Source: Bilifractor sp.
GTDB taxonomy: Bacteria > Bacillota > Clostridia > Lachnospirales > Lachnospiraceae
DNA length: 64,000 nucleotides
Direction of reading: 5' to 3'
Assembly (NCBI GenBank): GCA_050944685.1
Contig: JBMNRP010000013.1
Span: forward strand, 496 to 64,495
Position numbers and translations under genes: made by a program. Positions 52,617-62,918 of this stretch are shown here, in pieces. The notes below the pieces were generated by a model, which worked only from the letters and a program-made list of their open reading frames with translations, had not been told where the DNA came from and did no database searches. Every line of letters starts with the position of its first letter. Within the stretch, counting starts at the first letter, position 1.

Positions 52617-55600
52617 ATGGCCAGACAAATGAAGACCATGGACGGCAACACCGCTGCTGCACATGCTTCGTATGCATTTACTGAAGTAGCGGCGATCTAC
52701 CCGATCACTCCGTCCTCTCCGATGGCGGAAGCTACCGATGAGTGGGCGACTCAGGGCAGAAAAAATATTTTCGGACAGGAGGTCCAGATTACGGAGATGC
52801 AGTCTGAGGCAGGTGCCGCTGCCGCGGTGCACGGCTCCCTTTCGGCGGGCGCACTCACCACTACGTACACTGCTTCTCAGGGTCTTCTCCTGATGATCCC
52901 GAACCTTTACAAGGTTGCCGGTGAGCTTCTTCCGGGTGTATTCAATGTTTCCGCGCGCTGCGTAGCGACCCACGCCCTGAATATTTTCGGCGATCATTCG
53001 GACATTTATGCATGTCGTCAGACCGGTGTCGCGATGCTCTGCGAATCTTCTGTTCAGGAGGTTATGGATCTGACTCCCGTCGCGCATTGTGCGGCCATCA
53101 AGGGCAGAGTTCCGTTCATCAACTTCTTCGACGGATTCCGTACTTCCCACGAGATTCAGAAGATCGAGATCTGGGACTATGACGATCTCAAAGATATGAT
53201 TGACATGGACGCGGTAAAGGCATTCAGAAAGAACGCTCTGAATCCGGAACATCCATGCCAGAGAGGTTCTGCTCAGAACCCGGATATTTTCTTCCAGACC
53301 AGTGAAGCTACGAATCCTTACTATGACGCGATCCCGGGCATCGTCCAGGATTACATGGACAAGGTTAATGCGAAGATCGGAACAGACTACAAGCTGTTCA
53401 ATTACTACGGCGCTCCGGATGCCGAGCACATCATCATTGCCATGGGCTCCGTCAACGACTGCATCGAGGAAACCATCGATTATCTCGCTTCCCAGGGACG
53501 GAAAGTCGGTCTCGTAAAGGTTCGTCTGTACAGACCGTTCTGCGCTCAGGCCCTGATCGATGCGATCCCGGATACCGTAAAGCAGATCTCCGTTCTTGAC
53601 AGAACGAAAGAGCCCGGTTCCATCGGCGAGCCGCTGTATCTGGACGTGGTCGCCGCTCTCCGCGGATCGAAGTTTGACGGAGTGAAGATCTTCACCGGAC
53701 GCTACGGCCTCGGTTCGAAGGACACCACACCGGCGGATATCGTCGCTGTTTACAACAACACAGAGAAGCAGCGCTTCGTTATTGATATCGTAGATGATCA
53801 GACCAACCTCTCTCTTGAGGTCGGCGAGCCGCTCGTCACCACTCCGGAAGGAACGATCAACTGCAAGTTCTGGGGACTCGGCGCGGACGGAACCGTCGGA
53901 GCGAACAAGAACTCGATCAAGATCATCGGCGATAACACCGACATGTACGCGCAGGCTTACTTCGATTATGATTCGAAGAAGTCCGGCGGTGTCACCATGT
54001 CCCACCTCCGCTTCGGAAAGAAGCCGATCAAATCCACTTATCTCATCCATAAAGCGGACTTCGTCGCATGCCACAATCCGGCTTATATCACGAAGTTCAA
54101 CATGGTTCAGGAACTGGTTGACGGAGGAACCTTCCTTCTGAACTGCAAGTGGACGGATGAAGAGCTGGAGGAGCATATCCCGGGACAGGTGAAGGCCTTT
54201 ATTGCCAACCACAACATCAAGTTCTATACCATCGACGGTGTGAAAATCGGTATCCAGGTCGGCATGGGACCGACCCGTATCAATACGATCCTGCAGTCCG
54301 CGTTCTTCAAGCTGGCGAACATCATCCCGGAGGAGAAAGCCATCGAGCTGATGAAAGCCGCCGCGAAGAAGACGTACGGCCGCAAGGGAGATGACGTCGT
54401 TCAGAAGAACTGGGCGGCCATCGACGAAGGCGCAAAGCAGGTTCACGAAGTCAAAGTTCCGGACAGCTGGAAGAATGCGGCTGACGAGGGACTTGAGTGG
54501 AAGCAGCACACCGCGGGAAGCAAGGACCAGCTTGATTTTGTCAACACGATTCAGAACAAGGTCAGCGCTCAGGAAGGAAACACCCTGACGGTCAGCCAGG
54601 TTGCTCCGTACGTAGACGGTACGACCCCGTCCGGAACCGCCGCTTTTGAAAAACGAGGCATCGCGGTTAATGTTCCGGTTTGGAATTCCGAGAACTGCAT
54701 CCAGTGCAACAGATGCGCATACGTCTGCCCGCACGCTGTTATCCGTCCGGTCGCTCTGACCGAGGAAGAGGTCAAGGGTCTTCCGGAGGGAACCACGGTT
54801 CTTCCGATGACCGGAATGCCGGATTACAAGTTCCGCATCGTGATTTCTTCTCTGGACTGCACAGGCTGCGGTTCCTGCGCGAATGTCTGCCCGGGCAAGA
54901 AGGGCGCGAAGGCTCTGGAGATGAAGGCTCTCGACCAGGCTATGGATAATCAGCCGGTCTTCGACTATGCGGTAACGCTTCCGGAGAAGGCAGATGTTAT
55001 TGCCAAGTTCAAACAGAATACCGTAAAGGGCAGTCAGTTTAAGAAACCGCTGCTTGAGTTCTCCGGCGCCTGCGCAGGATGCGGGGAGACTCCGTACGCA
55101 AGACTGATCACCCAGATCTGCGGTGACAGAATGTACATCGGAAACGCTACAGGATGCTCTTCCATCTGGGGCAACTCCTCGCCGTCCACTCCTTACACCA
55201 AGGACGACAAGGGTCACGGTCCGGCATGGTCCAACTCCCTGTTCGAGGACGCTGCTGAGTTCTCCTATGGTATGCTTCTGGCTCAGAAGGCTCTGCGCAC
55301 CCGTCTGGCAGCCGCTGTCACGGCCGTCAAAGAGGGAGCTTCCGCGGATGTCGCGGCGGCATGCGATGAGTATCTGAACACCATGAAGGACGGCGCTGCG
55401 AACGCAGTCGCGACGGACAAGCTGGTTGCGGCTCTGGCCGGTGTCGACAGCGAAGACGCGAAGTTCATTCTGGAAAACAAAGAATTCCTTGCCAAGAAGT
55501 CACACTGGGCATTCGGCGGTGACGGCTGGGCTTACGATATCGGATTCGGCGGACTGGATCATGTCATCGCCAGCGGCCAGGATATCAATATCATGGTCTT

Positions 55601-56156
55601 CGATACCGAGGTTTACTCCAATACCGGCGGTCAGTCCTCCAAGGCTACCCCGACCGGTGCGGTCGCTCAGTTTGCTGCCGGCGGTAAAGAGACGAAGAAG
55701 AAAGACCTCGCCTCCATCGCGATGAGCTACGGTTATGTCTATGTCGCTCAGATCGCCATGGGTGCGGATTACAATCAGGCAGTCAAGGCGATCGCCGAGG
55801 CTGAGGCTTATCAGGGACCGTCCGTCATCATCGCTTATGCTCCGTGCATCAACCACGGCATCAAGAAGGGCATGGCGAAGGTAATGGATGAGGAAGCTCT
55901 GGCAGTCAAGTCCGGATACTGGCATCTGTTCCGCTACAACCCGGCTCTCGCGAAAGAAGGAAAACCGGCATTCACGCTGGATTCCAAGGCTCCGACCGAG
56001 TCCTATCAGGACTTCCTGATGGGCGAGGTTCGTTACAACTCTCTGAAGAGAGCGAACCCGGCGAAGGCCGATCGTCTGTTCGCGAAGTCCGAGGGCGAGG
56101 CGAAGGAGCATTACGAGTACCTCAACAAGCTGATCAAGCTGTATGGAGGAGAATAA
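52617..56156 (+). CDS. nifJ: pyruvate:ferredoxin (flavodoxin) oxidoreductase, single-polypeptide type
   Basis: 1179 aa. N-terminus MDGNTAAAHASYAFTEVAAIYPITPSS, two ferredoxin motifs CIQCNRCAYVCP and CTGCGSCANVCP, TPP domain GGDGWAYDIG. AAGGAGG 7 nt upstream. Confidence 0.95.
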   Translation: MARQMKTMDGNTAAAHASYAFTEVAAIYPITPSSPMAEATDEWATQGRKNIFGQEVQITEMQSEAGAAAAVHGSLSAGALTTTYTASQGLLLMIPNLYKVAGELLPGVFNVSARCVATHALNIFGDHSDIYACRQTGVAMLCESSVQEVMDLTPVAHCAAIKGRVPFINFFDGFRTSHEIQKIEIWDYDDLKDMIDMDAVKAFRKNALNPEHPCQRGSAQNPDIFFQTSEATNPYYDAIPGIVQDYMDKVNAKIGTDYKLFNYYGAPDAEHIIIAMGSVNDCIEETIDYLASQGRKVGLVKVRLYRPFCAQALIDAIPDTVKQISVLDRTKEPGSIGEPLYLDVVAALRGSKFDGVKIFTGRYGLGSKDTTPADIVAVYNNTEKQRFVIDIVDDQTNLSLEVGEPLVTTPEGTINCKFWGLGADGTVGANKNSIKIIGDNTDMYAQAYFDYDSKKSGGVTMSHLRFGKKPIKSTYLIHKADFVACHNPAYITKFNMVQELVDGGTFLLNCKWTDEELEEHIPGQVKAFIANHNIKFYTIDGVKIGIQVGMGPTRINTILQSAFFKLANIIPEEKAIELMKAAAKKTYGRKGDDVVQKNWAAIDEGAKQVHEVKVPDSWKNAADEGLEWKQHTAGSKDQLDFVNTIQNKVSAQEGNTLTVSQVAPYVDGTTPSGTAAFEKRGIAVNVPVWNSENCIQCNRCAYVCPHAVIRPVALTEEEVKGLPEGTTVLPMTGMPDYKFRIVISSLDCTGCGSCANVCPGKKGAKALEMKALDQAMDNQPVFDYAVTLPEKADVIAKFKQNTVKGSQFKKPLLEFSGACAGCGETPYARLITQICGDRMYIGNATGCSSIWGNSSPSTPYTKDDKGHGPAWSNSLFEDAAEFSYGMLLAQKALRTRLAAAVTAVKEGASADVAAACDEYLNTMKDGAANAVATDKLVAALAGVDSEDAKFILENKEFLAKKSHWAFGGDGWAYDIGFGGLDHVIASGQDINIMVFDTEVYSNTGGQSSKATPTGAVAQFAAGGKETKKKDLASIAMSYGYVYVAQIAMGADYNQAVKAIAEAEAYQGPSVIIAYAPCINHGIKKGMAKVMDEEALAVKSGYWHLFRYNPALAKEGKPAFTLDSKAPTESYQDFLMGEVRYNSLKRANPAKADRLFAKSEGEAKEHYEYLNKLIKLYGGE

Positions 56157-56211
56157 TTTTCAGAAAGGGATCGCCCGGATTTTGTGCGGACCGGATATCT
56201 GAATACAGAGA

Positions 56212-56241
56212 GGCAGCTGCGTTTGCAGCTGCCCCTTTTTT
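56212..56241 (+). terminator. intrinsic terminator after PFOR
   Basis: Perfect 9-bp stem GGCAGCTGC / GCAGCTGCC, loop GTTT, then CCTTTTTT. Confidence 0.8.
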
Positions 56242-56273
56242 GATTTCTCTTTCCAAAGAAGAGGGATATGGAG

Positions 56274-57590
56274 TTATGCCTCCGGCTTCAGCACCATGGA
56301 AGAGTACGGGGGAAGTTCGATGCCGTCGGCGGTCCGGTATTTCTTTCCTCCAAGGAGATCGGTCATCTCGCCGCACCCGGCGTCAAAGCGGACCGTGTAC
56401 GGGTTTTCATCCGCGTTGACCGCCGTGAAAAGACGGGAGCCGTCCGCGGATGAGGAGCGTTCGAAGACGCACTGTCGGTTTGTCAGTACGACGGACCGGA
56501 AGTCCCCGTACGCAAGACAGGGGGAACTCCTGAAGATCCGTGCGAGGGATGCGATGTGATCGGTCAGATCGTTCCACTCCGGTTCGCCGAAGCAGGGGCG
56601 GAGAGCCGGATCGCCCTCGGACTTATCCGCCTTTGCGCCCCACTCGCTTCCGTAATAGATGATCGGCATGCCGGGCATGGTGAAAATCATCGTGTAGATG
56701 AGCGGCAGATGCTTTTCGTTGTTCAGGACAGACGCGATGCGGGAGACGTCGTGATTGTCCGCGAAGGACCAGAGGTGCTTTCCCCGGTACAGTGTCCACG
56801 GGTCGGACCCGAACTGGCGCAGCAGAGAGTGAATGATTTCAAACAGGTTCATGCTGTTGAATGCGGAGTAGAGCCCCTTGTAGCACTCGTAATTCGTGAC
56901 CGAGTGACACATTTCATCGTTCATGATCTGGTTGTAATCGCCGTGGATAATCTCTCCGACGAGAAAGAAGTCCTCCTTTTCCGCCGTGGTCTCCCGCCGA
57001 AGCGTTTTCAGGAACTCCCGGTCGAGCAGGTATGCGACGTCCAGACGCAGGCCGTCGATGTCGAAATCCCGGATCCACATTCGGACGGAATCCATCAGAT
57101 AGCGGATGACCTCCGGATTTTGGAGATTCAGGCGAACCAGGTCGTAATTGCCTTCCCATCCCTCATACCAGAAGCCGTCGTTCGCGGGAGTGTTTCCGTT
57201 CAGGTCAATGTGAAACCACCCGAGATAAGGGGACCCTTCGCGGTTTTCCTGCACATCGCGAAAAGCGAAAAACCCGCGTCCCACATGGTTGAAAACGCCG
57301 TCGATGATGACCCGGATACCCGCTTCGTGGAGAGAGGAGACGATCTCCCGGAAATCATCATTGGTTCCGAGACGGACGTCGATCTTCCGGTAGTCGCGCG
57401 TGTTGTATCCGTGCGTGTCCGATTCGAACAGAGGTGAAAAGTAGACGGCGCCGACCCCGAGCTTTTTCAGGTGGGGGATCCAGTCCGTCACTTTCCGGAT
57501 CCGATGGGACAGGACGCCGTCATTTTCAAACGGAGCTCCGGTGAAGCCGAGAGGATATATCTGGTAAAAAACCGTTTCGTATGCCCACAT
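56274..57590 (-). CDS. GH13 alpha-amylase-family glycoside hydrolase
   Basis: 438 aa with the conserved GH13 regions DGVFNHVG, GLRLDVA, VGEIIHGD and FADNHD. No signal peptide, so probably cytoplasmic. Confidence 0.85.
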   Translation of the reverse strand: MWAYETVFYQIYPLGFTGAPFENDGVLSHRIRKVTDWIPHLKKLGVGAVYFSPLFESDTHGYNTRDYRKIDVRLGTNDDFREIVSSLHEAGIRVIIDGVFNHVGRGFFAFRDVQENREGSPYLGWFHIDLNGNTPANDGFWYEGWEGNYDLVRLNLQNPEVIRYLMDSVRMWIRDFDIDGLRLDVAYLLDREFLKTLRRETTAEKEDFFLVGEIIHGDYNQIMNDEMCHSVTNYECYKGLYSAFNSMNLFEIIHSLLRQFGSDPWTLYRGKHLWSFADNHDVSRIASVLNNEKHLPLIYTMIFTMPGMPIIYYGSEWGAKADKSEGDPALRPCFGEPEWNDLTDHIASLARIFRSSPCLAYGDFRSVVLTNRQCVFERSSSADGSRLFTAVNADENPYTVRFDAGCGEMTDLLGGKKYRTADGIELPPYSSMVLKPEA

Positions 57591-57688
57591 TTATGTAAAT
57601 ACCTCGCTTTTTCTGTCTATATTATTGTGATTTGCCGGTGTTTGATGGTGAAAAGCCGGTGTGCTTCCGCCGGACTCTTGCCGGGTGT

Positions 57689-58141
57689 TCACTCACCCAT
57701 GACCTGAAAGACGATTTCTCTGTGACGGTCCCGGACGTCGCACTCGACGAGTGTGAGATTCTGCCAGGGGCCGATGGTGATGTCGCCGTTTACGAAAGGA
57801 ATGGTGATAAACGGAGAGAGGATCGCCGACTTGATGTGACTGGATCCGTTGTCATCTCCCCAGGTTTCGTGGTGCTTGTAGTAGATGACGTTTCCGTTTT
57901 CATCTTTATAGGGTGAGATAATGTCGAGCGCCTTTTTCAGGTCCCGCGTCACCATGCCGGGTTCAAACTCCAGCGTTGTCAGTGCGGCCACGCCGCCGGT
58001 TGTGAATCCGGTGATGATTCCGTCGCTGATTTTCTTTTTTTCACACGCCTCCCGGACGGCCGCCCGGAAATCATTTGTGACGTCGATCATTCCCATGTTG
58101 CCTTTTGTGTGATATTCTTTCGTTTTTGTAAAAACTGCCAT
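57689..58141 (-). CDS. YjbQ/UPF0047-family protein (secondary thiamine-phosphate synthase)
   Basis: Start at MAVFTKTKEY (GGGAGG upstream). Family motifs TTGGVAALT.LE and DDNGSSHIKSAIL..(F/S).TIP, then GPWQ.(L).L.E. Confidence 0.8.
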   Translation of the reverse strand: MAVFTKTKEYHTKGNMGMIDVTNDFRAAVREACEKKKISDGIITGFTTGGVAALTTLEFEPGMVTRDLKKALDIISPYKDENGNVIYYKHHETWGDDNGSSHIKSAILSPFITIPFVNGDITIGPWQNLTLVECDVRDRHREIVFQVMGE

Positions 58142-58324
58142 AATATCCTCCCGCTTTTCAGGTGAAGTTTTCCATAAGTTCGTTATCATTTTACCACATC
58201 CTGCCGTTTCCGTCTGTTACGGGAAAAAATTCAACTTCTCCGGTTTAGTATTTACATTGGTAAAAGCGCCGAAAAGATTATTAAAAAATGCTAAACTTTC
58301 TGTCTATAAAATAACGAATGGTCG

Positions 58325-58353
58325 TTGCCTTTTTAACAAGTGATTGCTATAAT
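58325..58353 (+). promoter_or_regulatory. candidate hppA promoter (TTGCCT-17-TGcTATAAT)
   Basis: TTGCCT 58325-58330, 17 nt ending in TGC, TATAAT 58348-58353. Confidence 0.45.
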
Positions 58354-58391
58354 GATTTCCAGTTGGAAATTTTTATGGAGGTGTCATAGTT

Positions 58392-60533
58392 ATGAATACG
58401 ACGACAGTGTGGCTTATTGTTCTCTGCCTGATCGTGATCGCTCTTATCTATATTTTTGCGAACTATGCGAAAATCAAGAAGATGGAAGAGGGGACGGCAG
58501 ACATGGTAGAGATGGCCGGCATCATCCGTTCGGGCGCATCGACGTTCATGAAAACGGAGTACCGTTCCATCATCGCGGTGCTGATCATCGTGGCCGTGGT
58601 TTTCACTCTTTTCATTGAGAAAAGCTGCGGACTCACTTTCCTGATCGGCGGATGCATGAGCAGCTGCGTGTGCGTACTCGGCATGAGAAGTGCCACCTAC
58701 GCAAACGTACGTACTGCAAACAAAGCGAGAGAGACCCTTTCCATCGGCGAGACCGTAAAGGTAGCTCTCTGCGGCGGAAGTATTTCCGGACTTTCCGTTC
58801 AGGCTTTCGGTATGCTGGGACTGGTTCTGGTTCTTCTGGTCGGCGGAGGCGTGAAACATGATGCGACCAGCTACGGCCTGCTTGCCAGCCTTCCCTGCAA
58901 TCCGTATGTAATGCGCGTTTCCACGTATTCTCTCGGATGCTCCATTGTTGCTATGTTCAACCGTGTTGCCGGTGGTAACTACACCAAGGCTGCCGATATT
59001 TCTTCCGATATTCTCGGAAAACTCCGTCATGACCTGCCGGAGGATGACAGCCGTGTACCGAACACCATCGCCGACTTCATCGGTGATAACGTCAACGATA
59101 TCGCCGGTAACTGCTCCGACCTTCTGGAGTCTTTCGTTGCGACCATGTCCGCATCGATCATGATCGCCGTTACGCTTTATCAGACGGCCGTTGAGGGCGG
59201 TTCCGAGATGGTTTCGGATACAACCTTCACGGCGACCATCGCTTTCCCGATCATCCTGGCAGCCTGTGGTCTTCTGGGATGCCTGATCGGACTTGGCAGC
59301 GCCAATATCAAGAAGATGGGTGACAACCCGTCCAAAGAGCTGGATCTCTCGACCTGGATTTCCGCAGGCGTGACGATCGTTCTCGGCGGTGTCGCCAGCT
59401 ACGTGGTTTTCCACAGCCTCGGTCTCTATGATGAGTTCCGGATCGGATGGGCTTCTCCGTGGGTTTCCGCTATCATGGGAATCGCCAGCGGCGTTGCCAT
59501 CGGTGTCATCACCGAGTATTACACCAGCACGGACTACAAGCCGACCAAAGAGCTGGCTGAGATCTGCGACGAGGGTGAGGCTTTCGTTATCACCAAGGGT
59601 GATGCGATCGGATCCCGCTCCTGCCTGCTTCCGGTTCTTCTGATTGCCATCGCGCTTCTGATTTCCGGTAATGTCTGCGGAACGTACGGAATCGCTATTT
59701 CCGCACTGGGAATGCTCGCATTTGTAGGTGCGACCGTTTCCATCGACGCATTCGGACCGATTGCGGATAATGCCGGCGGTCTGGCAGAGTCCTGCCACCT
59801 CGATCCGGAAGTCCGTGAGATCACCGATAAGCTGGATGCCGTAGGAAATACGACGGCTGCTATCGGTAAGGGATTCGCGATCGGATCTGCCGCGTTCGCG
59901 ACGGTTTCCCTGATCGTATCCTATATCGGTCAGTACACCCCGATCGGTGAGGAGCTGACCCTGAACTTCGCTAACTACATGGTGGTGGCCGGCGGTATCC
60001 TCGGCGGAGCGCTGGTTGAGTACTTCATCGCTATCCTGACCGACAACACCGTTGATTCGGCCAAGATTATGGCGGATGAGGGTGATAAGATGATGTCCAT
60101 CCCGGGCGTCCTGGAAGGAACCGTGAGACCGGACTACAACCATATGATTCAGCTGGCTGCACAGGAGGCTATCCGCAAGATGGTATTCCCGGCTATCCTG
60201 GCTCTTCTGATTCCGGTTGTCGGCGGACTTCTTTTCGGCGTACAGTTCGTCGGCGGCCTGCTGGTCGGCGCAACGATCGTGGCTATCCCGCGTGCGATCT
60301 TCATGGGCAACTCCGGTGGTGCCTTTGATAACGCGAAGAAGTACATCGAGAGCGGAAACATCGAGGGATCCGGCAAAGGATCTCCGGCTCACAAGGCTTC
60401 TGTTACGGGTGACACGGTCGGTGATACCCGTAAGGATGTTGTCGGTGTCGCTCTGGATATCTTCATCAAGCTGATGTCCACGGTCGCGAACACCCTTGCT
60501 CCGATTCTTAAGACGGTATCTCTTATTAAATAA
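58392..60533 (+). CDS. hppA: membrane-bound proton/sodium-translocating pyrophosphatase
   Basis: 713 aa and about 16 TM helices. Signature motifs AADISSDILGK-type, GDNVNDIAG, DAFGPIADNAGG, GNTTAAIGKGFAIGSAA and DTVGDTRKD. Confidence 0.93.
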   Translation: MNTTTVWLIVLCLIVIALIYIFANYAKIKKMEEGTADMVEMAGIIRSGASTFMKTEYRSIIAVLIIVAVVFTLFIEKSCGLTFLIGGCMSSCVCVLGMRSATYANVRTANKARETLSIGETVKVALCGGSISGLSVQAFGMLGLVLVLLVGGGVKHDATSYGLLASLPCNPYVMRVSTYSLGCSIVAMFNRVAGGNYTKAADISSDILGKLRHDLPEDDSRVPNTIADFIGDNVNDIAGNCSDLLESFVATMSASIMIAVTLYQTAVEGGSEMVSDTTFTATIAFPIILAACGLLGCLIGLGSANIKKMGDNPSKELDLSTWISAGVTIVLGGVASYVVFHSLGLYDEFRIGWASPWVSAIMGIASGVAIGVITEYYTSTDYKPTKELAEICDEGEAFVITKGDAIGSRSCLLPVLLIAIALLISGNVCGTYGIAISALGMLAFVGATVSIDAFGPIADNAGGLAESCHLDPEVREITDKLDAVGNTTAAIGKGFAIGSAAFATVSLIVSYIGQYTPIGEELTLNFANYMVVAGGILGGALVEYFIAILTDNTVDSAKIMADEGDKMMSIPGVLEGTVRPDYNHMIQLAAQEAIRKMVFPAILALLIPVVGGLLFGVQFVGGLLVGATIVAIPRAIFMGNSGGAFDNAKKYIESGNIEGSGKGSPAHKASVTGDTVGDTRKDVVGVALDIFIKLMSTVANTLAPILKTVSLIK

Positions 60534-60577
60534 GGAATCGGCATTGATCCGGTTCCGGTATCTGAACATCGGGTAAT

Positions 60578-60613
60578 AAACGCGTGAACGGCGTTCGCCG
60601 CTCGCGCGTTTTT
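60578..60613 (+). terminator. intrinsic terminator after hppA
   Basis: Outer stem AAACGCG / CGCGTTT enclosing a GC-rich inner hairpin, followed by TTTTTAT. Confidence 0.65.
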
Positions 60614-60694
60614 ATCAATTTGGGATTTTTATATAATAATAATTTCTCTTGTAAAGATATTGTGATAAAATATTTACATTGTTGAGGTTGGAAT

Positions 60695-61738
60695 ATGGGG
60701 GAAAAACAGACTCGAATAAAATATTTCACCTGGCTGCGCGCAATATCGTGTATTGCGATCGTGTTTCTTCACACGTTCTACTGTGCGGTCCGTCTTTTTC
60801 GGCCGGGCGGTATGGAGGAAACCGGATCGCTGATTGTCCGGAACTGCATGATTTTCGCAGTTCCGTGTTTTGTTATGGTTACCGGGGCGCTTCTTCTGAA
60901 TCCGGGAAAGACCGTCACGGTCCGCTCCATATTTCAGAAATATCTCAGGCGCATTCTCATCGCACTTGTGGTGTTCACATTCATTTTTGCTCTGTTTGAC
61001 AGGATTGTGGATCATCAGGGCGGCGGGGCGGCAGACCTGGTGATCCGTTATCTGAAGGCGCTTATTACCGACGGAAGCTGGCTGCATATGTGGTATCTCT
61101 ATATGCTGATCGGACTTTACCTCATGCTTCCGCTGTACCGGATATTCGTGCGGTACGCTTCCGATAAAGAGCTCAGATATCTTCTGATTCTGTTCCTTGT
61201 CTTCCAGTCGATGGTTCCCACGGTTGAGATGGCGGCCGGGGGATCGTCCGGATTTTATATCCTGGTGTATACGATCTATCCGCTCTATGCGTTTCTGGGA
61301 TATGCCATTCATTATGAAAAAATCCGGATATCGCTTCCGGCGGCGGTTCTGATGCTGGTCATCGGAACATGCGGTCTGATCGTGATTACCTGGTTCGGGT
61401 GGTCTGCCGGCCTTGACAATCTGCAGTCGCTCGCAAGCAGCTATTCCTGCATTCTTTCGGTGCTGCAGGCGGTCGGGGTCTTTTCGCTGATGAAGCGAAC
61501 CGAATCCCTGCGAATGAACGCGTCTGGCCGTATTCTTCAGGCTCTGGACGGGTGTTCGTTTGGAATCTACCTGATCCATGTGCTCGTTCTTTACATAATT
61601 TACCGCGTTTTCAGGTTCAATCCGTATCTGCACGGCGGTCTTGCCGTGCTGGTGGTGCTGGCGCTTATTACGCTTGCCGTTTCCTGGGCGGTGATCCGCC
61701 TGCTGAAATTTATCCCGGGAGTAAAACAGATTCTCTGA
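60695..61738 (+). CDS. acyltransferase family 3 membrane protein (O-acyltransferase)
   Basis: 347 aa and about 10 TM helices. N-terminal (Y)FTWLRAISCIAIVFLH with the conserved His, typical of Acyl_transf_3. Confidence 0.8.
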   Translation: MGEKQTRIKYFTWLRAISCIAIVFLHTFYCAVRLFRPGGMEETGSLIVRNCMIFAVPCFVMVTGALLLNPGKTVTVRSIFQKYLRRILIALVVFTFIFALFDRIVDHQGGGAADLVIRYLKALITDGSWLHMWYLYMLIGLYLMLPLYRIFVRYASDKELRYLLILFLVFQSMVPTVEMAAGGSSGFYILVYTIYPLYAFLGYAIHYEKIRISLPAAVLMLVIGTCGLIVITWFGWSAGLDNLQSLASSYSCILSVLQAVGVFSLMKRTESLRMNASGRILQALDGCSFGIYLIHVLVLYIIYRVFRFNPYLHGGLAVLVVLALITLAVSWAVIRLLKFIPGVKQIL

Positions 61739-61784
61739 GATCCCGGCCAGAAAAAATACACTTAATGTTTTCAAGAAGGGGGCA

Positions 61785-62801
61785 ATGATTATGAAAACAA
61801 AAACAGTCAAAATCATGATTCCGGCGCTTGCCGCCAGCGTGCTTTTCCTGAGCGCGTGCGGATCTTCATCGGGGTCATCTTCCACGGAATCGGTAATGCC
61901 TGCGTCGACGACTTCATCGTCCGCGGCGGAGGCAATTGCGGTCTCCACCGCTACCGCGACTCCGGAACCGGAGCTGAAAACGATCGGAACCGAGGCGGAG
62001 GGAGAAAACATCCGCAAAGTGAATCTGACAAACGGAACCGGACGGAACATCAAGGGCTTTGCGGTCAAATACGATGATCAGACCGGCTACGGCGAGAATA
62101 TGCTGCAAAACGGCGATGTCTTCTCCGCGGGAGAGGAGCGAAATGTTTTCTATGACACCACGAATGCGCTCGCGGCGGCGAATGGTTCCGGGACGGATGC
62201 GGCTGCCTCGGGAGCCGATGAGAAAGCGGAATATCCGTCCTACACAGTTCAGCTTACTTTCGATGACGACAGCTCTGTCGAGGTTCATAATTTCCCGTTT
62301 GATGACGCGAAGGATCTGAAGCTCTTGACAAACGGTACGATTTATTACGTGGAATTCGTCCAGGCTTCGACCGGGACATCTCTGAGCACTCAGGCCGATG
62401 AGCAGGCCATTTATGACGCGGCACAGCAGGCGGCACAGCAGGCAGCGGCTGAGCAGGCAGCGGCTGAGCAGGCAGCAGCTGAGCAGGCGGCAGCCGAGGA
62501 GGAAGAGAATCAATCTGCTCAGTCCTCGAAATCGTCTCAGTCCTCCGGATCCGGTTCCTCCGGCGGGAGTCAGTCTTCCGGCGGCAGTCAGTCCTCCGGC
62601 GGGAGTCAGTCGTCCGGAAGCAGCCAGTCCTCCGGAAGCAGCCAGTCCTCCGGCGGGAGCCAGTCTTCCGGCGGCAGCCAGTCCTCCAGCGGGAGTCAGT
62701 CTTCCGGCGGCAGTCAGTCCTCCGGTGATTCCGGTTCCTCCGGCGGCGGTTCGGACTCAAGCCCGGATTCCGGATGCCTCGATGACGGATTGACATATTA
62801 A
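61785..62801 (+). CDS. lipoprotein with globular middle domain and long (AEQAA)n / (GGSQSS)n repeat tail
   Basis: Signal peptide plus lipobox (VLFLSAC). ATG 61791 is better spaced from GAAGGGGG than ATG 61785. The C-terminal third is tandem-repeat low complexity. Confidence 0.7.
   Translation: MIMKTKTVKIMIPALAASVLFLSACGSSSGSSSTESVMPASTTSSSAAEAIAVSTATATPEPELKTIGTEAEGENIRKVNLTNGTGRNIKGFAVKYDDQTGYGENMLQNGDVFSAGEERNVFYDTTNALAAANGSGTDAAASGADEKAEYPSYTVQLTFDDDSSVEVHNFPFDDAKDLKLLTNGTIYYVEFVQASTGTSLSTQADEQAIYDAAQQAAQQAAAEQAAAEQAAAEQAAAEEEENQSAQSSKSSQSSGSGSSGGSQSSGGSQSSGGSQSSGSSQSSGSSQSSGGSQSSGGSQSSSGSQSSGGSQSSGDSGSSGGGSDSSPDSGCLDDGLTY
62442..62501 (+). repeat. four 15-bp in-frame tandem repeats (AAEQA)
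   Basis: gcagcggctgagcag occurs twice, followed by gcagcagctgagcag and gcggcagccgaggag. Confidence 0.85.
62562..62741 (+). repeat. ten 18-bp in-frame tandem repeats (G-[GS]-S-Q-S-S)
   Basis: Units ggcgggagtcagtcttcc / ggcggcagtcagtcctcc / ggaagcagccagtcctcc and so on, contiguous from 62562. Several units are identical. Confidence 0.85.
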
Positions 62802-62830
62802 TCCGGTTCCTTTTTGAAAACGGAAATAAA

Positions 62831-62862
62831 ACAGCCTGTCTCACCTTGATGAGGCAGGCTGT
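62831..62862. terminator. hairpin terminator between the repeat lipoprotein gene and glgD
   Basis: 13-bp stem ACAGCCTGTCTCA / TGAGGCAGGCTGT (one G-T pair), loop CCTTGA. ATTGTCTTT follows on plus, and TTTTATTTCCGTTTTC follows on the minus strand. Confidence 0.7.
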
Positions 62863-62918
62863 ATTGTCTTTCCCTGTCCGGGCAATCTGCCTTCCCGGTT
62901 CTGAAGCCGGGAGGGGGA

